Positions 20,801-30,818 of a stretch of DNA of 64,000 nucleotides are shown here, in pieces. Position numbers and translations under genes: made by a program. The notes under the pieces were generated by a model that was given only the letters and a program-made list of their open reading frames with translations, ran no database searches and was not told the origin of the DNA. Origin of the DNA: Candidatus Latescibacterota bacterium (GTDB lineage Bacteria; Latescibacterota; UBA2968; UBA8231); the NCBI GenBank assembly GCA_965197905.1, contig CBDAOB010000004.1:544001-608000 (forward strand). Direction: 5' to 3'. Numbering within the stretch: the first letter of the stretch is position 1; every line of letters begins with the position of its first letter.

Positions 20801-21754
20801 ATGTCCATTCTAAGAGCCAGGATGTTGGTGTTGGGTCTCGGGCTGGCGGCGACGGGGTGCACGAAGTCGGGCACCTCACCCGACCCGGTCGAGGCACAGC
20901 AAGCGGGTCCCAACGTGTTGGTGTTTGGTGATTGGGGCTTTAGTGCCACCCCCAGTACGGATGTGGGGCAGGACCAACTTCGGGTGGCCCAGGCGATGAT
21001 TGCCGAGTGTGCCAGCATCGGTTGCGATGTTGCCCTGACAGTGGGCGACAACTTCTACCCTCGCGGGGTCACCAGCACCTCCGATGCGCAGTGGGAGGCC
21101 AGATTCGAAGACGTCTACTTCCCCCAGGGAGCCCCCACTCTCGGGGCTGTGGTGCGCCCCATTCTGGGAGACAAGGACAAGAACGGCAATATCCAAGCTC
21201 AGTACGACTATTCCAGTGTCAGCGCGAACTGGGACATGCCCAACCGCTATTACACGTTTTCCGAAGGCGAAGTGGATTTCTTCGCCGTGGACAACCTGGA
21301 TCTCGATGATGAGCAACTGGCGTGGCTGGCCCAGGTCTTGAGCGAGTCCAGGGCCCTGTGGAAAGTCGTGTACGGCCACAACCCCATTTACAGCAACGTC
21401 GTGTTCCGCGACGGCCGCTCAGGGTACGTGAACCGAGAATCTGTGCAGGCATTGCTGCCTTTGTTGTGCAAGCATGCAGATCTCTATCTGGCCGGTAGCT
21501 CCCACCACGGTGAAGTACTCCTCACCGAATGCGGCCTGCACCTGGTGGTCCAGGGAGGTGGCGGTGCGGGGTTGCTCGACATAAACACCGAGGGCGAACG
21601 CAACCTGTTTGGAGCAAAGACGTTCGGGTTTACGGTGTTGGCGTTCGGCGAGGATGAGATGAAAATCCGGATGCACAACGATGCCAACGAGATGCTTTAC
21701 ACAATGTCGCTGCCTGCAAGGAAGAGCCTTGGCGAGATAGCGAATGCCCACTAA
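20801..21754 (+). CDS. Purple acid phosphatase-like metallophosphoesterase lipoprotein with altered motifs
   Basis: GDWG and GDNFY intact; GNHD position reads GDKD; GHxH position reads GSSH; lipobox ATGC. Confidence 0.85.
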   Translation: MSILRARMLVLGLGLAATGCTKSGTSPDPVEAQQAGPNVLVFGDWGFSATPSTDVGQDQLRVAQAMIAECASIGCDVALTVGDNFYPRGVTSTSDAQWEARFEDVYFPQGAPTLGAVVRPILGDKDKNGNIQAQYDYSSVSANWDMPNRYYTFSEGEVDFFAVDNLDLDDEQLAWLAQVLSESRALWKVVYGHNPIYSNVVFRDGRSGYVNRESVQALLPLLCKHADLYLAGSSHHGEVLLTECGLHLVVQGGGGAGLLDINTEGERNLFGAKTFGFTVLAFGEDEMKIRMHNDANEMLYTMSLPARKSLGEIANAH

Positions 21755-21837
21755 GCGCGAAGCCTACAACAACCTGCCGCCTGAAAGCCAGCGATGCTTC
21801 CGCTTAGTCTGCATCGAGTGGGCCAAGAGATTCGCCG

Positions 21838-22014
21838 ATGTTTCTTGACTCACCAGAGGCCGAAGATGAGTTCATCGATTTTGTGCTGGATGCCATCGAA
21901 AACGGCGACATGATCCTGCAAATCGGCGGGAAGGGTGAGGACGCTGGTTGGAGCCTGGTGACGACGGAGAAGGGGAAGCGGATGGTACAGCGGGTCAATG
22001 CGGAGATGAACTGA
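21838..22014 (+). CDS. Small acidic hypothetical protein (58 aa) or gene remnant
   Basis: MFLDSPEAEDEFIDFVLDAIENGDMILQIGG...NAEMN*; absent from the ORF track; protein-like composition. Confidence 0.4.
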   Translation: MFLDSPEAEDEFIDFVLDAIENGDMILQIGGKGEDAGWSLVTTEKGKRMVQRVNAEMN

Positions 22015-22349
22015 CGAGGATTCCATGCCAAATATGTCTGCCGGCCTGACGAAGTCTGTTGCTTCTCGATAGGAGAGCAGCCAGAACGATGCCGCTTTTC
22101 TCCTGCCTCTGCATACGCTGTATTGCCTCCAACCCGCCCGCCCGGCAGCTCAGCCGAATGCGTTGTCTCGAACCGTCCGCTACCGACCCAGTATATTGAT
22201 CCCAAGCAACCTCACCCCAACTAAATCAAGTACTTAAGAGTCGATATCTGCACGCCGGGCCACGTAGTATATTGATCTCAGGCACTTTGTTGGCCGCCAG
22301 CACTCCCCGTGGTAGCGGATCAGGTGCAGCCGTGGTGGCGGCAACAGGA

Positions 22350-22653
22350 TCGGCTCGTCTTCCGATCGCAAAAGCATGCTGACCAGCACCTCCGCCAGTT
22401 CGGGACGGACCGTCGAGCTGCCCCGATCTTCAAACGCCGCGACAATCGGCTCGACAGCATCTTCCCCGGCGAGGATCAGCTCGTGTTTGGCGAGCGCGCG
22501 CTCATCCGGTCCGCCACTGAGCTTGTCGATGCTGTTGTCTACCGGTGAGCCGCATGCGGCGAGGTAGAGGGCTGCCGCTGCAAGACAAATTCTCCTTCGT
22601 GCGATTGTGGTCGTCGCACAGCTCCGTGGACGAGAAAACAGATGTTCGGTCAT
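22350..22653 (-). pseudogene. Truncated fourth copy of the HEAT/CBM9-like lipoprotein
   Basis: MTEHLFSRP...LVSMLLRSEDE closely matches the N-terminus of 22709..24091; homology stops near 22350. Confidence 0.8.
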
Positions 22654-22708
22654 GACAGCCCGACTCTCTGTGTCTCGTTGAAGCGACTGGGGTAAATTAC
22701 CGCCGATC

Positions 22709-24091
22709 TCATTGGAATAGCAAATATCCGGTTGCAACGAGATTGTCGTAGCCACGAAACGGTTGACTCCACTCGATCGTGCGAAACATGCGGACGAAAT
22801 CTATGCCCGAAGTTTCACCCGGAACGGGCCTGGAGTCTCGCTTCGCGTCCCAGCGAAATTCAAACTCTACGGACCAGAAGTCTTCGCCGATATGGGTGGC
22901 TGCACTCCCCGCTGCATCCCAAGCGTGGTCGCGCGGCAGGTTTCTGCCATAGTCGTCGCGAGCATCCATCACAAGTCCTGCAACGTTCACCATAGCTCGG
23001 GAGATCGTCTTGCCGTCAAGGTTGCGATCGAAACGAAAGCCGACCATGTCCTGGTCGCTGTAGCTAGAACCGTCCTGGAACGGCAAGACCACCAGGCTTT
23101 CGGGGTGGGCGTCGAAACAGTGGGCTCCCCAATAAAGCGCCTCATCGGAATAGCCTAACCTAACGCGAGTTTGGACCAAAGGTGAAAGTGACGTGCGCGA
23201 TGGCCCGTGAGTGTAGAAGGAATCGATTCTGGCGGCACCTCGCCAGACCTCATCGTCCAATCGTCCATCAATCTTCGGTGCGCTGGCGAACCGAGGCACG
23301 TCAAATAGCAAGTGGTTCTCGCGCAACAATTGCACACCCCGTTCTCGATCACTGTACTCCAGATAGAACCGGCCCAGATAGTAGTTGGCCTGTTTGCTCG
23401 CAGGGGCGTATCGCAGCGCCACGTTATAGATGGAATCTGCCCCCGCAAGCTCGGCTTTGAGGACCGCCTCCCGAGCCTCCTGTGCCCAGCGGGCGACGTA
23501 TTCCTCCACGAGGTAGAGCGCCGCTTCCCTAACTGGTTTCTCCTCTGACTTCGCATGTTCGCCGGCGAGCCGGCGCAACGTTTTGGTCTGCTCGTCATTC
23601 AACCTGCCGAGGAGGTTGCTCATGGCGAGCAGGATTGGGGTTTGGACTAGCGGCGAAGGGTCGGAAAGGGCCTGCAGGAAAACGTCGTAGTACTCGGACC
23701 GCAGTCGAAGCCCGAGCTTGTCGGCGATCCGTCCGCGCACTCGTGGGTCGGGATCTTCGAGCAGATGGTTCTGGAGCACGGTCCAGATCCGTTCGTTTTC
23801 CGATCGCAAAAGCATGCTGACCAGCACCTCCGCCAACTCGGGACGGACCTCCGAGCTTCCGGGATCTTCAATTGCCGCGACGATCGGCTCGACGGCGTCT
23901 TTCCCAGCGAGGATCAGCTCGTGTTTGGCGAACGCGCGCTCGTCGGGACCCCCGCTGAGCTTGTCGATGCTATCGTCTACCGGTGAGCCGCATGCGGCGA
24001 GGAAGACAGCGACCGCTACAAGACGGATTCCCTTCTGTGCGATTGTGGTCGCCGCACAGTTCCCGGGACGAGAAAACAGATGTTCGGTCAT
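22709..24091 (-). CDS. HEAT-repeat plus CBM9/DOMON-like lipoprotein (copy 3)
   Basis: Lipobox LAAC, DPDPRVR/DPSPLVQ HEAT repeats, APKIDGRLDDEVW, FWSVEF. Confidence 0.8.
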   Translation of the reverse strand: MTEHLFSRPGNCAATTIAQKGIRLVAVAVFLAACGSPVDDSIDKLSGGPDERAFAKHELILAGKDAVEPIVAAIEDPGSSEVRPELAEVLVSMLLRSENERIWTVLQNHLLEDPDPRVRGRIADKLGLRLRSEYYDVFLQALSDPSPLVQTPILLAMSNLLGRLNDEQTKTLRRLAGEHAKSEEKPVREAALYLVEEYVARWAQEAREAVLKAELAGADSIYNVALRYAPASKQANYYLGRFYLEYSDRERGVQLLRENHLLFDVPRFASAPKIDGRLDDEVWRGAARIDSFYTHGPSRTSLSPLVQTRVRLGYSDEALYWGAHCFDAHPESLVVLPFQDGSSYSDQDMVGFRFDRNLDGKTISRAMVNVAGLVMDARDDYGRNLPRDHAWDAAGSAATHIGEDFWSVEFEFRWDAKRDSRPVPGETSGIDFVRMFRTIEWSQPFRGYDNLVATGYLLFQ

Positions 24092-24144
24092 GACAGCCCG
24101 ACTTTCTGTATCGTTGAAGCGACTGGCGTAAATTACCGCCGATC

Positions 24145-25545
24145 TCATTGAAAGAGAATGTACCCTGTTGCGTCCCGGCCATCGTAGCCGCGAAATGCTT
24201 CGCTATACTCCGCTGCCCGGAACAAGCGGGTAAGATCTATATTAGCCATTTCTCCTGCGTGCGGTCGTGGGTGGTATTCCGGGTCCCACCGGAGCTCGAA
24301 TTCGACCGACCAAAAGTCGTTTCCTACATAGGCCGCGGCGCTACCGTCTGCGTTCCAGGAGTAATCTCGCTGGTCGCTCTCACCGTAGCCGCTCCAGCCG
24401 TCTCTCACTGCACCGGCGCTGTTTACGGATACGAAGGAGACCGTCTTCCCATCCATGTTGCGGTCAAAACGGAAGGTGACTCGGTCGTGGCGCTCGGAAC
24501 CCACCTCGTCATCGAACGGAATGACCATCAAGCTTTCGGGGTGGGAGTCGAAGCAGTGCATACCCCAGTAGAACGCCTCGTCCGTGTAACCTATGACTGC
24601 GTAGGTTTGCTCGCGGGGTTGCAAGGTTGTTCGGGATCGGGGGAAGTGGGAGTAGAACGAATCTATCCTGACAGCTGCTCTCCAAACCTCATCGTCCAAC
24701 TTTCCGTCGATCTGTGGCGCGGTTGCGAACCGAGGCACGTCCAACAGCAGCTCTTTGTCGCGCAACAACTGCATACCTCTGTCTCGATCACCGTACTCCA
24801 GATAGAACCTACCCAGATAATAGCTGGCCTGTCTGCTCGCAGGGGCGTACTCTAGCGCCACGTTATAGATGGAATCTGCCCCAGCAAGCTCGACCTCGAG
24901 AACGGCCTGCTCCGCCTCCCGTGCCCAGCCGCCGACGAACTCCTCCACGAGGTAGAGCGCCGCCTCTTTAACTGCCTTCTCTTCTGACCTCGCATGCTGG
25001 CTGGCGAGACGGCGCAGCATCTCGGTCTGTTGCTCATTCAACTTGCCGAGGAGGTTGCCCATGGCGAGGAGGATGGGCGTCTGCACCGCGGGGGATGGAT
25101 CGGACAGGGCTTGCAGGAAAACGTCGAAGTACTGAGACCGCAGTCGAAGCCCGAGTTTGTCAGCGATGCGGCCCCGCACCCGTGGATCGGGATCTTTGAG
25201 CAGATGGTTCTGGAGCGCGGCCCAGATCCGCTCGTCTTCCGATCGCAGGAGCATGCTGACCAGCACCTCCGCCAATTCGGGACGAACCTTCGACCTGCCC
25301 GGTTCTTCAAACGCCGCGACAATCGGCTCGACAGCGTCTTTTCCGGCGAGGATCAGCTCGTGTCTGGCTTGCGCGCGTTCAACCGGACCGCCACTGAGAC
25401 TGTCGATGCTGTCCTCTAAAGAGGAACCGCAGGCAGCGAGGCAAAGAGCTGTGGCCCAGATCACCTTGCGGGTGGGCGCGCTATTGCAACATATCCACTG
25501 CGGTTTATGATGTTGTCCTCTGCCAGGCACGAAGCGTTCGCACAT
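24145..25545 (-). CDS. HEAT-repeat plus CBM9/DOMON-like lipoprotein (copy 2)
   Basis: Same architecture; APQIDGKLDDEVW. Confidence 0.8.
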   Translation of the reverse strand: MCERFVPGRGQHHKPQWICCNSAPTRKVIWATALCLAACGSSLEDSIDSLSGGPVERAQARHELILAGKDAVEPIVAAFEEPGRSKVRPELAEVLVSMLLRSEDERIWAALQNHLLKDPDPRVRGRIADKLGLRLRSQYFDVFLQALSDPSPAVQTPILLAMGNLLGKLNEQQTEMLRRLASQHARSEEKAVKEAALYLVEEFVGGWAREAEQAVLEVELAGADSIYNVALEYAPASRQASYYLGRFYLEYGDRDRGMQLLRDKELLLDVPRFATAPQIDGKLDDEVWRAAVRIDSFYSHFPRSRTTLQPREQTYAVIGYTDEAFYWGMHCFDSHPESLMVIPFDDEVGSERHDRVTFRFDRNMDGKTVSFVSVNSAGAVRDGWSGYGESDQRDYSWNADGSAAAYVGNDFWSVEFELRWDPEYHPRPHAGEMANIDLTRLFRAAEYSEAFRGYDGRDATGYILFQ

Positions 25546-25586
25546 ATGCTTTCAGCGTCGTCGACGAGGTCGGTTTACAGTCAATC

Positions 25587-27011
25587 TCATTGATAGACCA
25601 CGTAGCCAGTCGCCTTGGTAAAGTCATATCCGGGAAAGGTCTGGCTGTACTCGACAGCACGGTACACGCGCATAATGTCTATGCCCGAGATATCACCCGG
25701 TACCGGAGGAGGGTGGTATTTCGGGTCCCAGCGAAGCTCGAATTCGACAGACCAGAAATCGTCGCCGACGTAGGCCGCCGCGCTCCCCTCCGCGTCCCAA
25801 GCGTAGTCGCGCTGCTGACTCTTGTTGAAGTCGTTCCATCCGTCTCTTACGACTCCCGCGCCATTCACAGTCACGAGGGATATTGTCTTCCTGTCCAGGT
25901 TGCGATCGAACCAGAACATGATCCTGTCGTGACGCTCGCCACCGGTCAGGTCATCGTACGGTAGGACCATCAGGCTTTCGGGGTGGGCGTCGAAGAGATG
26001 TACACCCCAGTACATCGCCTCATCGGTATAGCCGATGAATGCGTTAGTCTGAACTCGGGGTTGTAGCGTTGTTCGCAATCCCCCGGCATGGGTGTAGAAG
26101 GAATCTATCCTGGCGGCATTCTCCCAAACCGGATCGTCCAACCTTCCGTCGATCTGCGGAGCATTGGAAAATCGGGGTGCATCGACGAGGAGACGCTTCT
26201 CTCGCAACAGCTGCAGCCCGCGTGCCCGGTCACCGAACTCGAGATAGAAGGTGCCCATGTAGTAGTTTGCCTGTTTGCTCGCGGGAGCGTAGGCGAGTGC
26301 TACGTTGTAGATGGAATCTGCCGCCGCGAGATCGGCCTTCAGGGCCGCCGCCCTGGCTTTCTGCGCCCAGCGGCCGACAAATTCCTCCACGAGGTACAAC
26401 GCGGCGTCCCGAACCGGTTGTTCCGGTGCTCCGGCGCGCTGGCGGGCGAGCTGGCGCAAGAGTTCGGTCTGTTCGTCGCTCAACCGGCCGAGCACGTTGG
26501 CCAATGCGAGCAATGCGGGAGCTTGCACCAGAGGTGATGGATCGGAAACCGCCTGAAGAAAAAGGTCGAAAAATTCGGATCGCGAGTAGAGTCCGAGCTC
26601 TTCGGCAATGCGTCCTCGTACGGCCGAGTCAGGATCGTCGAGCAGATGTTTCTCTAGCACACCCGCGATTCGCTCGTCGCTCGACCGCACCATTATGCCC
26701 ACCAGGATGTCGGCTACCTCGGCACGGTCCAGCCTGTCGTCTAGCGATTCCAGCGCTGAGATAAGTGGACCAACGGCTTCATCGGAAGCCAAAACGAGCT
26801 CGTGTCTCGCAGCCTCACGCTCATCGGGGCCGGCCCCGAGATCCTCGATGCGGTTTTCTATCGATGTTTCGCAGGAGAGGACAAAACCAAGCGCCGCAGT
26901 TGCAACGATACCGTTCCGTGCGGCTATTACGCGGAAATGGTATTGAGGAATAGCCAGCAATCTCATTGATAGACCAGGTATCCAGCGCATAGCGGTTGTC
27001 ATATCCGGCAA
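25587..27011 (-). CDS. HEAT-repeat plus CBM9/DOMON-like lipoprotein (copy 1)
   Basis: Same architecture; lipobox VLSC, APQIDGRLDDPVW. Confidence 0.8.
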   Translation of the reverse strand: MPDMTTAMRWIPGLSMRLLAIPQYHFRVIAARNGIVATAALGFVLSCETSIENRIEDLGAGPDEREAARHELVLASDEAVGPLISALESLDDRLDRAEVADILVGIMVRSSDERIAGVLEKHLLDDPDSAVRGRIAEELGLYSRSEFFDLFLQAVSDPSPLVQAPALLALANVLGRLSDEQTELLRQLARQRAGAPEQPVRDAALYLVEEFVGRWAQKARAAALKADLAAADSIYNVALAYAPASKQANYYMGTFYLEFGDRARGLQLLREKRLLVDAPRFSNAPQIDGRLDDPVWENAARIDSFYTHAGGLRTTLQPRVQTNAFIGYTDEAMYWGVHLFDAHPESLMVLPYDDLTGGERHDRIMFWFDRNLDRKTISLVTVNGAGVVRDGWNDFNKSQQRDYAWDAEGSAAAYVGDDFWSVEFELRWDPKYHPPPVPGDISGIDIMRVYRAVEYSQTFPGYDFTKATGYVVYQ

Positions 27012-27517
27012 AGGCCTGGCTTCTTCAGAGGACAGAGCCCGTTAGATTCAAGGAATTGCGCTAATCAAGAATAGGGTAAACAAATGGCATTACGGTTAAT
27101 AGCGGCAAGGAGGCGGGTTGCGGTGGGGCGATTTATTGGGTCGTTTGACGGGCGTGGCGGCGCGCGACCTGGGCGTGCGGGGTGGATTTCGGTTCCTGAA
27201 CGGGCTGTAGACGCTAGGTCACCGCGGGACAGGTACACTTCACCCGCGGACCCGTGAGCGCGTCAGGCGTACGGACACTTCCGCTTGCGCCCGCCCAAGC
27301 TTCGCCATCGCTCGTTCAACGCCTTGCGCACACCTTGCCGCAATGCGGCGCCTAGTAAGCGACGCCGCCGATCGCCTGGGGGGGAATTACTACAGCCACT
27401 CAATCTTAACCGCCCCATTGCTCCCTGGGCATGTGAAGTTTGGTGAATTATTGGTGAATTTTGCAAATAATAAGGGCTCGCAAGATTCGCATTTATCTCG
27501 CAAGCCCTTGTTATTTA

Positions 27518-27594
27518 TGGTGCACCCAGTAGGAGTCGAACCCACAACCTCCTGATCCGTAGTCAGGTGCTCTATCCAATTGAGCTATAGGTGC
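27518..27594 (-). tRNA. tRNA-Arg(ACG)
   Basis: Reverse complement GCACCTATAGCTCAATTGGATAGAGCACCTGAC-TACGGA-TCAGG...GTTCGACTCCTACTGGGTGCACCA. Confidence 0.95.
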
Positions 27595-27640
27595 TATCTC
27601 TCACAAGCAGCCAGAATAATAGAGTTCACCCGGCAATCAG

Positions 27641-28819
27641 TCAAGCAAGGCCGGCCTCCAATGCTTCGAGGTATTTGTACCCTGAACCAGTGTTGAAGAG
27701 CACGACTCGCTCATGCCCGTTAACCCATCCACTATCCCTTAGCTTTAGCAGTGCCGCGAGGGTCGCGCCCCCTTCCGGGGCAGGGAATACTCCCGTCATT
27801 TTCGCGATTCGGTGTGACTCGCGAATCAGTTCTTCATCGCTTACAGCAATCGCGCAACCGCCTGTTTCGCGCAATGCGCGGAGCATCAGGAAATCACCGA
27901 CGGCACCAGGAACCCGTAGGCCGGAAGCCACGGTGTGGGCGTTGTCCCACATCTCGGCGCTGTCCGCCCCCTGTTCAAAGGCACGAACGATCGGTGCACA
28001 CCCCTCCGCCTGCACCGATACGAATCGCGGACGCCCGCTTCCGATCCAACCCATGACTTCCATTTCGTCAAAAGCCTTCCACATGCCCACCAATCCGGTG
28101 CCACCTCCGGTGGGGTAAAGAATCACGTCCGGGAGCTTCCAGTCGAACTGTTCGGCAAGTTCGTAACCCATGGTCTTCTTGCCTTCGATCCGGTATGGCT
28201 CCTTGAGCGTGGATACGTCGAACCAACCCTGTTTCTCTTTGCGCTCGGCCACGACTTTACCGCAGTCGCTGATCAAGCCGTCGACCAATTCCACCTGTGC
28301 GCCGCAGGATCTGCATTCGATGATGAACGCCTGGGGGGTGTCTCTGGGCATGAAGACGTGAGCCTCCAACCCTGCCGCGGCGGCGTATGCAGACATGGCG
28401 CCACCGGCGTTTCCGGCCGACGGCACAGCCAGTTTTGTAGCACCTCGAGCCCGGGCAGCGGACACGGCAGCGGATTGACCCCTCGCTTTGAACGATCCGG
28501 TGGGATTGCTCCCCTCATCCTTGATATACAGGCTTTCGAAGCCTGCCCAGTCACCCAGCCGATCGACCGGCAGCAGGGGGGTGAAACCCTCGCCCAGGGA
28601 AACGATCTCGGATTCTTCGGCAACTGGCAAAACCTCCCGGTAGCGCCACATGTCGGGTCGACGACCCTTCAATGACTCCTTCGTCAAAACCCTGGCTGCA
28701 GCCGCCAGATCATAACGTGCCAGAAAAGGCGCGCCCACCTTCGAGAGATTGTGCAAACCCTTTGCATCGTACTCTTCTCCTGTCCGGCTGCACTCCAGGT
28801 GGCTCAGGTAATCCTGCAT
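27641..28819 (-). CDS. thrC: Threonine synthase
   Basis: SLGEGFTPL, KDEGSNPTGSFKARG (PLP lysine), PSAGNAG, FNTGSG. Confidence 0.85.
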   Translation of the reverse strand: MQDYLSHLECSRTGEEYDAKGLHNLSKVGAPFLARYDLAAAARVLTKESLKGRRPDMWRYREVLPVAEESEIVSLGEGFTPLLPVDRLGDWAGFESLYIKDEGSNPTGSFKARGQSAAVSAARARGATKLAVPSAGNAGGAMSAYAAAAGLEAHVFMPRDTPQAFIIECRSCGAQVELVDGLISDCGKVVAERKEKQGWFDVSTLKEPYRIEGKKTMGYELAEQFDWKLPDVILYPTGGGTGLVGMWKAFDEMEVMGWIGSGRPRFVSVQAEGCAPIVRAFEQGADSAEMWDNAHTVASGLRVPGAVGDFLMLRALRETGGCAIAVSDEELIRESHRIAKMTGVFPAPEGGATLAALLKLRDSGWVNGHERVVLFNTGSGYKYLEALEAGLA

Positions 28820-29400
28820 TACGCGTACAATCCTTCCTGATAGATGTACTCTTCTACCCGTTCGGGTACCAGGCACTTTATCGGCTTGCCCTCTGCGACC
28901 CGCCGGCGAATCTCCGTCGAGGAAATCTCGAATAGGGGGGTATGCACTCGCTGTATTATAGCGAGTCCCGGCAGGTTGTCCGCCAGACTATCGCCGGTAC
29001 GAGATCCCACTACAACCGTGCACAATTTCACGATCTCTTCCGGAGCATGCCATGTGGGGAACTGATCGAGGTTATCCGCGCCGATCAATAGATAGAGTTC
29101 GTCTCCGGGTCGCATGGCGCTCAGTTCCCGAAGAGTGTCTACGGTGAAGGATTTGCCCGGACGATCGAGCTCGATTCGGCTCGGGGACAACCCGCCACAA
29201 TCCTCGAGCGCCAGTTGCGCCATAAGCCAGCGTTGCGCCGCTGAAGCCCGCTTGCGATGCTCCAACTTGTGCGGAGGGTCAGCTGCGGGGATGAATAAGA
29301 CTTCGTCGAGTTGGAGGCTTTCGCGCACAAACTGTGCCAGCAGCACGTGGCCACTGTGAACTGGATCGAAGGTGCCGCCCAATATACCCAGGCGCGGCAC
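28819..29400 (-). CDS. nadD: Nicotinate-nucleotide adenylyltransferase
   Basis: GGTFDPVHSGH, PPHK, IGAD, ISSTEIR. Confidence 0.95.
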   Translation of the reverse strand: MPRLGILGGTFDPVHSGHVLLAQFVRESLQLDEVLFIPAADPPHKLEHRKRASAAQRWLMAQLALEDCGGLSPSRIELDRPGKSFTVDTLRELSAMRPGDELYLLIGADNLDQFPTWHAPEEIVKLCTVVVGSRTGDSLADNLPGLAIIQRVHTPLFEISSTEIRRRVAEGKPIKCLVPERVEEYIYQEGLYA

Positions 29401-29403
29401 TGT

Positions 29404-30177
29404 TCAACTTCCCTGTGAGGGTTTCAGAATCGCCAGTTGGTCGATCTTCTTCCGAATGTGGTCTTCGAGTTTTTCGTCGACTGCTCCCGAGGAAAGCGCC
29501 TCATCCCAATAGGATCGCGCCAACTTGTGATCGTCCCGTTCGAAGGCGATGTCGCCAAGCCGCGCGAGCGCGCTATAGTACCAGATCGGGGTGTCGGAAT
29601 AATTTCGCAGCACCTGTTTGAAAGTCAGTTCCGCTGATTCGACAAAACCCTGTTTGTAGTACAGTTCGGCGTTGAGATACTCCTTTTTGGCGAGCCGGCC
29701 GCGGCAATCGCGAACTCTCTTCCTGGCTTCCTCAACGAACGGACTTGAGGGGTTGTCTTCAATGAACTGTCGAAAGTAGGTAAGAGCTTCGTAGGTTTCC
29801 TTTTGATCAAGCTCGGGACGGCGCAGCTGCTTGAAATAACACTCGCCTAGATTGAATTGGGCACGTTCGACCCAAGCGCTGGACGGGTAGACGTCGAGTA
29901 CCCGCTGGTACTCAAACGCAGCGGTGACGTAGTCCTTAGTACAGAAGTACGCTTCAGCCAAGTGAAATTGAGCTTCCGCCACGATAGGTGCACCCGGGAA
30001 ATTGCTGACGACGCGCTGGAGGTGCTCTATCGCCTCGGTGCAACGGCCTCGCTCTAGGTCTTTCATACCCTGGCCGAAGTAGTAGTCGGACTTCTTTAGC
30101 TCCGTGACTCCGGAACCACCGCAGCTATTCAGAGTGACAGCTGCCAGAATCGCAACGATGACATTGAATGGGAACAC
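29404..30177 (-). CDS. bamD: Outer membrane protein assembly factor BamD
   Basis: Lipobox LNSC, TPR repeats, LAKKEYLNAELY. Confidence 0.85.
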   Translation of the reverse strand: MFPFNVIVAILAAVTLNSCGGSGVTELKKSDYYFGQGMKDLERGRCTEAIEHLQRVVSNFPGAPIVAEAQFHLAEAYFCTKDYVTAAFEYQRVLDVYPSSAWVERAQFNLGECYFKQLRRPELDQKETYEALTYFRQFIEDNPSSPFVEEARKRVRDCRGRLAKKEYLNAELYYKQGFVESAELTFKQVLRNYSDTPIWYYSALARLGDIAFERDDHKLARSYWDEALSSGAVDEKLEDHIRKKIDQLAILKPSQGS

Positions 30178-30184
30178 GATCGGA

Positions 30185-30775
30185 TCAGCGATTGGAGAAG
30201 AACAGATACACGAGAACCCCGAGAACGGAGGAAACGATTACAGGTTGGACAAACCTGTCCCAACTTTGTTCCGCCACGTCGAACTTGGCAAAGCTGTATT
30301 CGTCGTTTTGGACGACCTGAAGGGCGTTTGGCGGCAAATCGTCCCGCAGGGTTACCGACGTCTCGTCCCGCCACAGCAAGGAATCGGTAGAGCCGGTGGT
30401 CAAACGCATCGCCACTTCCACCCGCGCGGTGCGAGACACGTTACCCCCTCGCAGATTACCCTTGGCATAGAGTACGAGCTCTGCGACTCGGTACGACAGT
30501 TTTTCGTAACATCCGTCTGGACTGACGTTGCGGTATACTTCGAAACCCTTGCCGATCAAGCGATCGGCGAGAATATGGCTCACCAACCAGTTGGCCTCGT
30601 GTTGCTCTAGCTCATCGATAAGAATCTTGCGGTTTGCTGAACACGTATTGGCAGGTTGGCGATCGAGCCCGACCACTGATTGGGTGATAGCCTTGCCCAG
30701 GGCCTCGGCAATCACGGTCATGTTGGTTGGGATGTCGGAAGCGTCCGCCCGAATGCCGGTACAAAGCACGGTCAA
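30185..30775 (-). CDS. Hypothetical protein with a C-terminal membrane segment
   Basis: 3' part of ORF 30185..31057; start uncertain; ends VLVYLFFSNR. Confidence 0.6.
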   Translation of the reverse strand: MTVLCTGIRADASDIPTNMTVIAEALGKAITQSVVGLDRQPANTCSANRKILIDELEQHEANWLVSHILADRLIGKGFEVYRNVSPDGCYEKLSYRVAELVLYAKGNLRGGNVSRTARVEVAMRLTTGSTDSLLWRDETSVTLRDDLPPNALQVVQNDEYSFAKFDVAEQSWDRFVQPVIVSSVLGVLVYLFFSNR

Positions 30776-30818
30776 ACATGCGACGGTTACCGAGGCGCTC
30801 CAGTTGCCGGCGCTCCTA

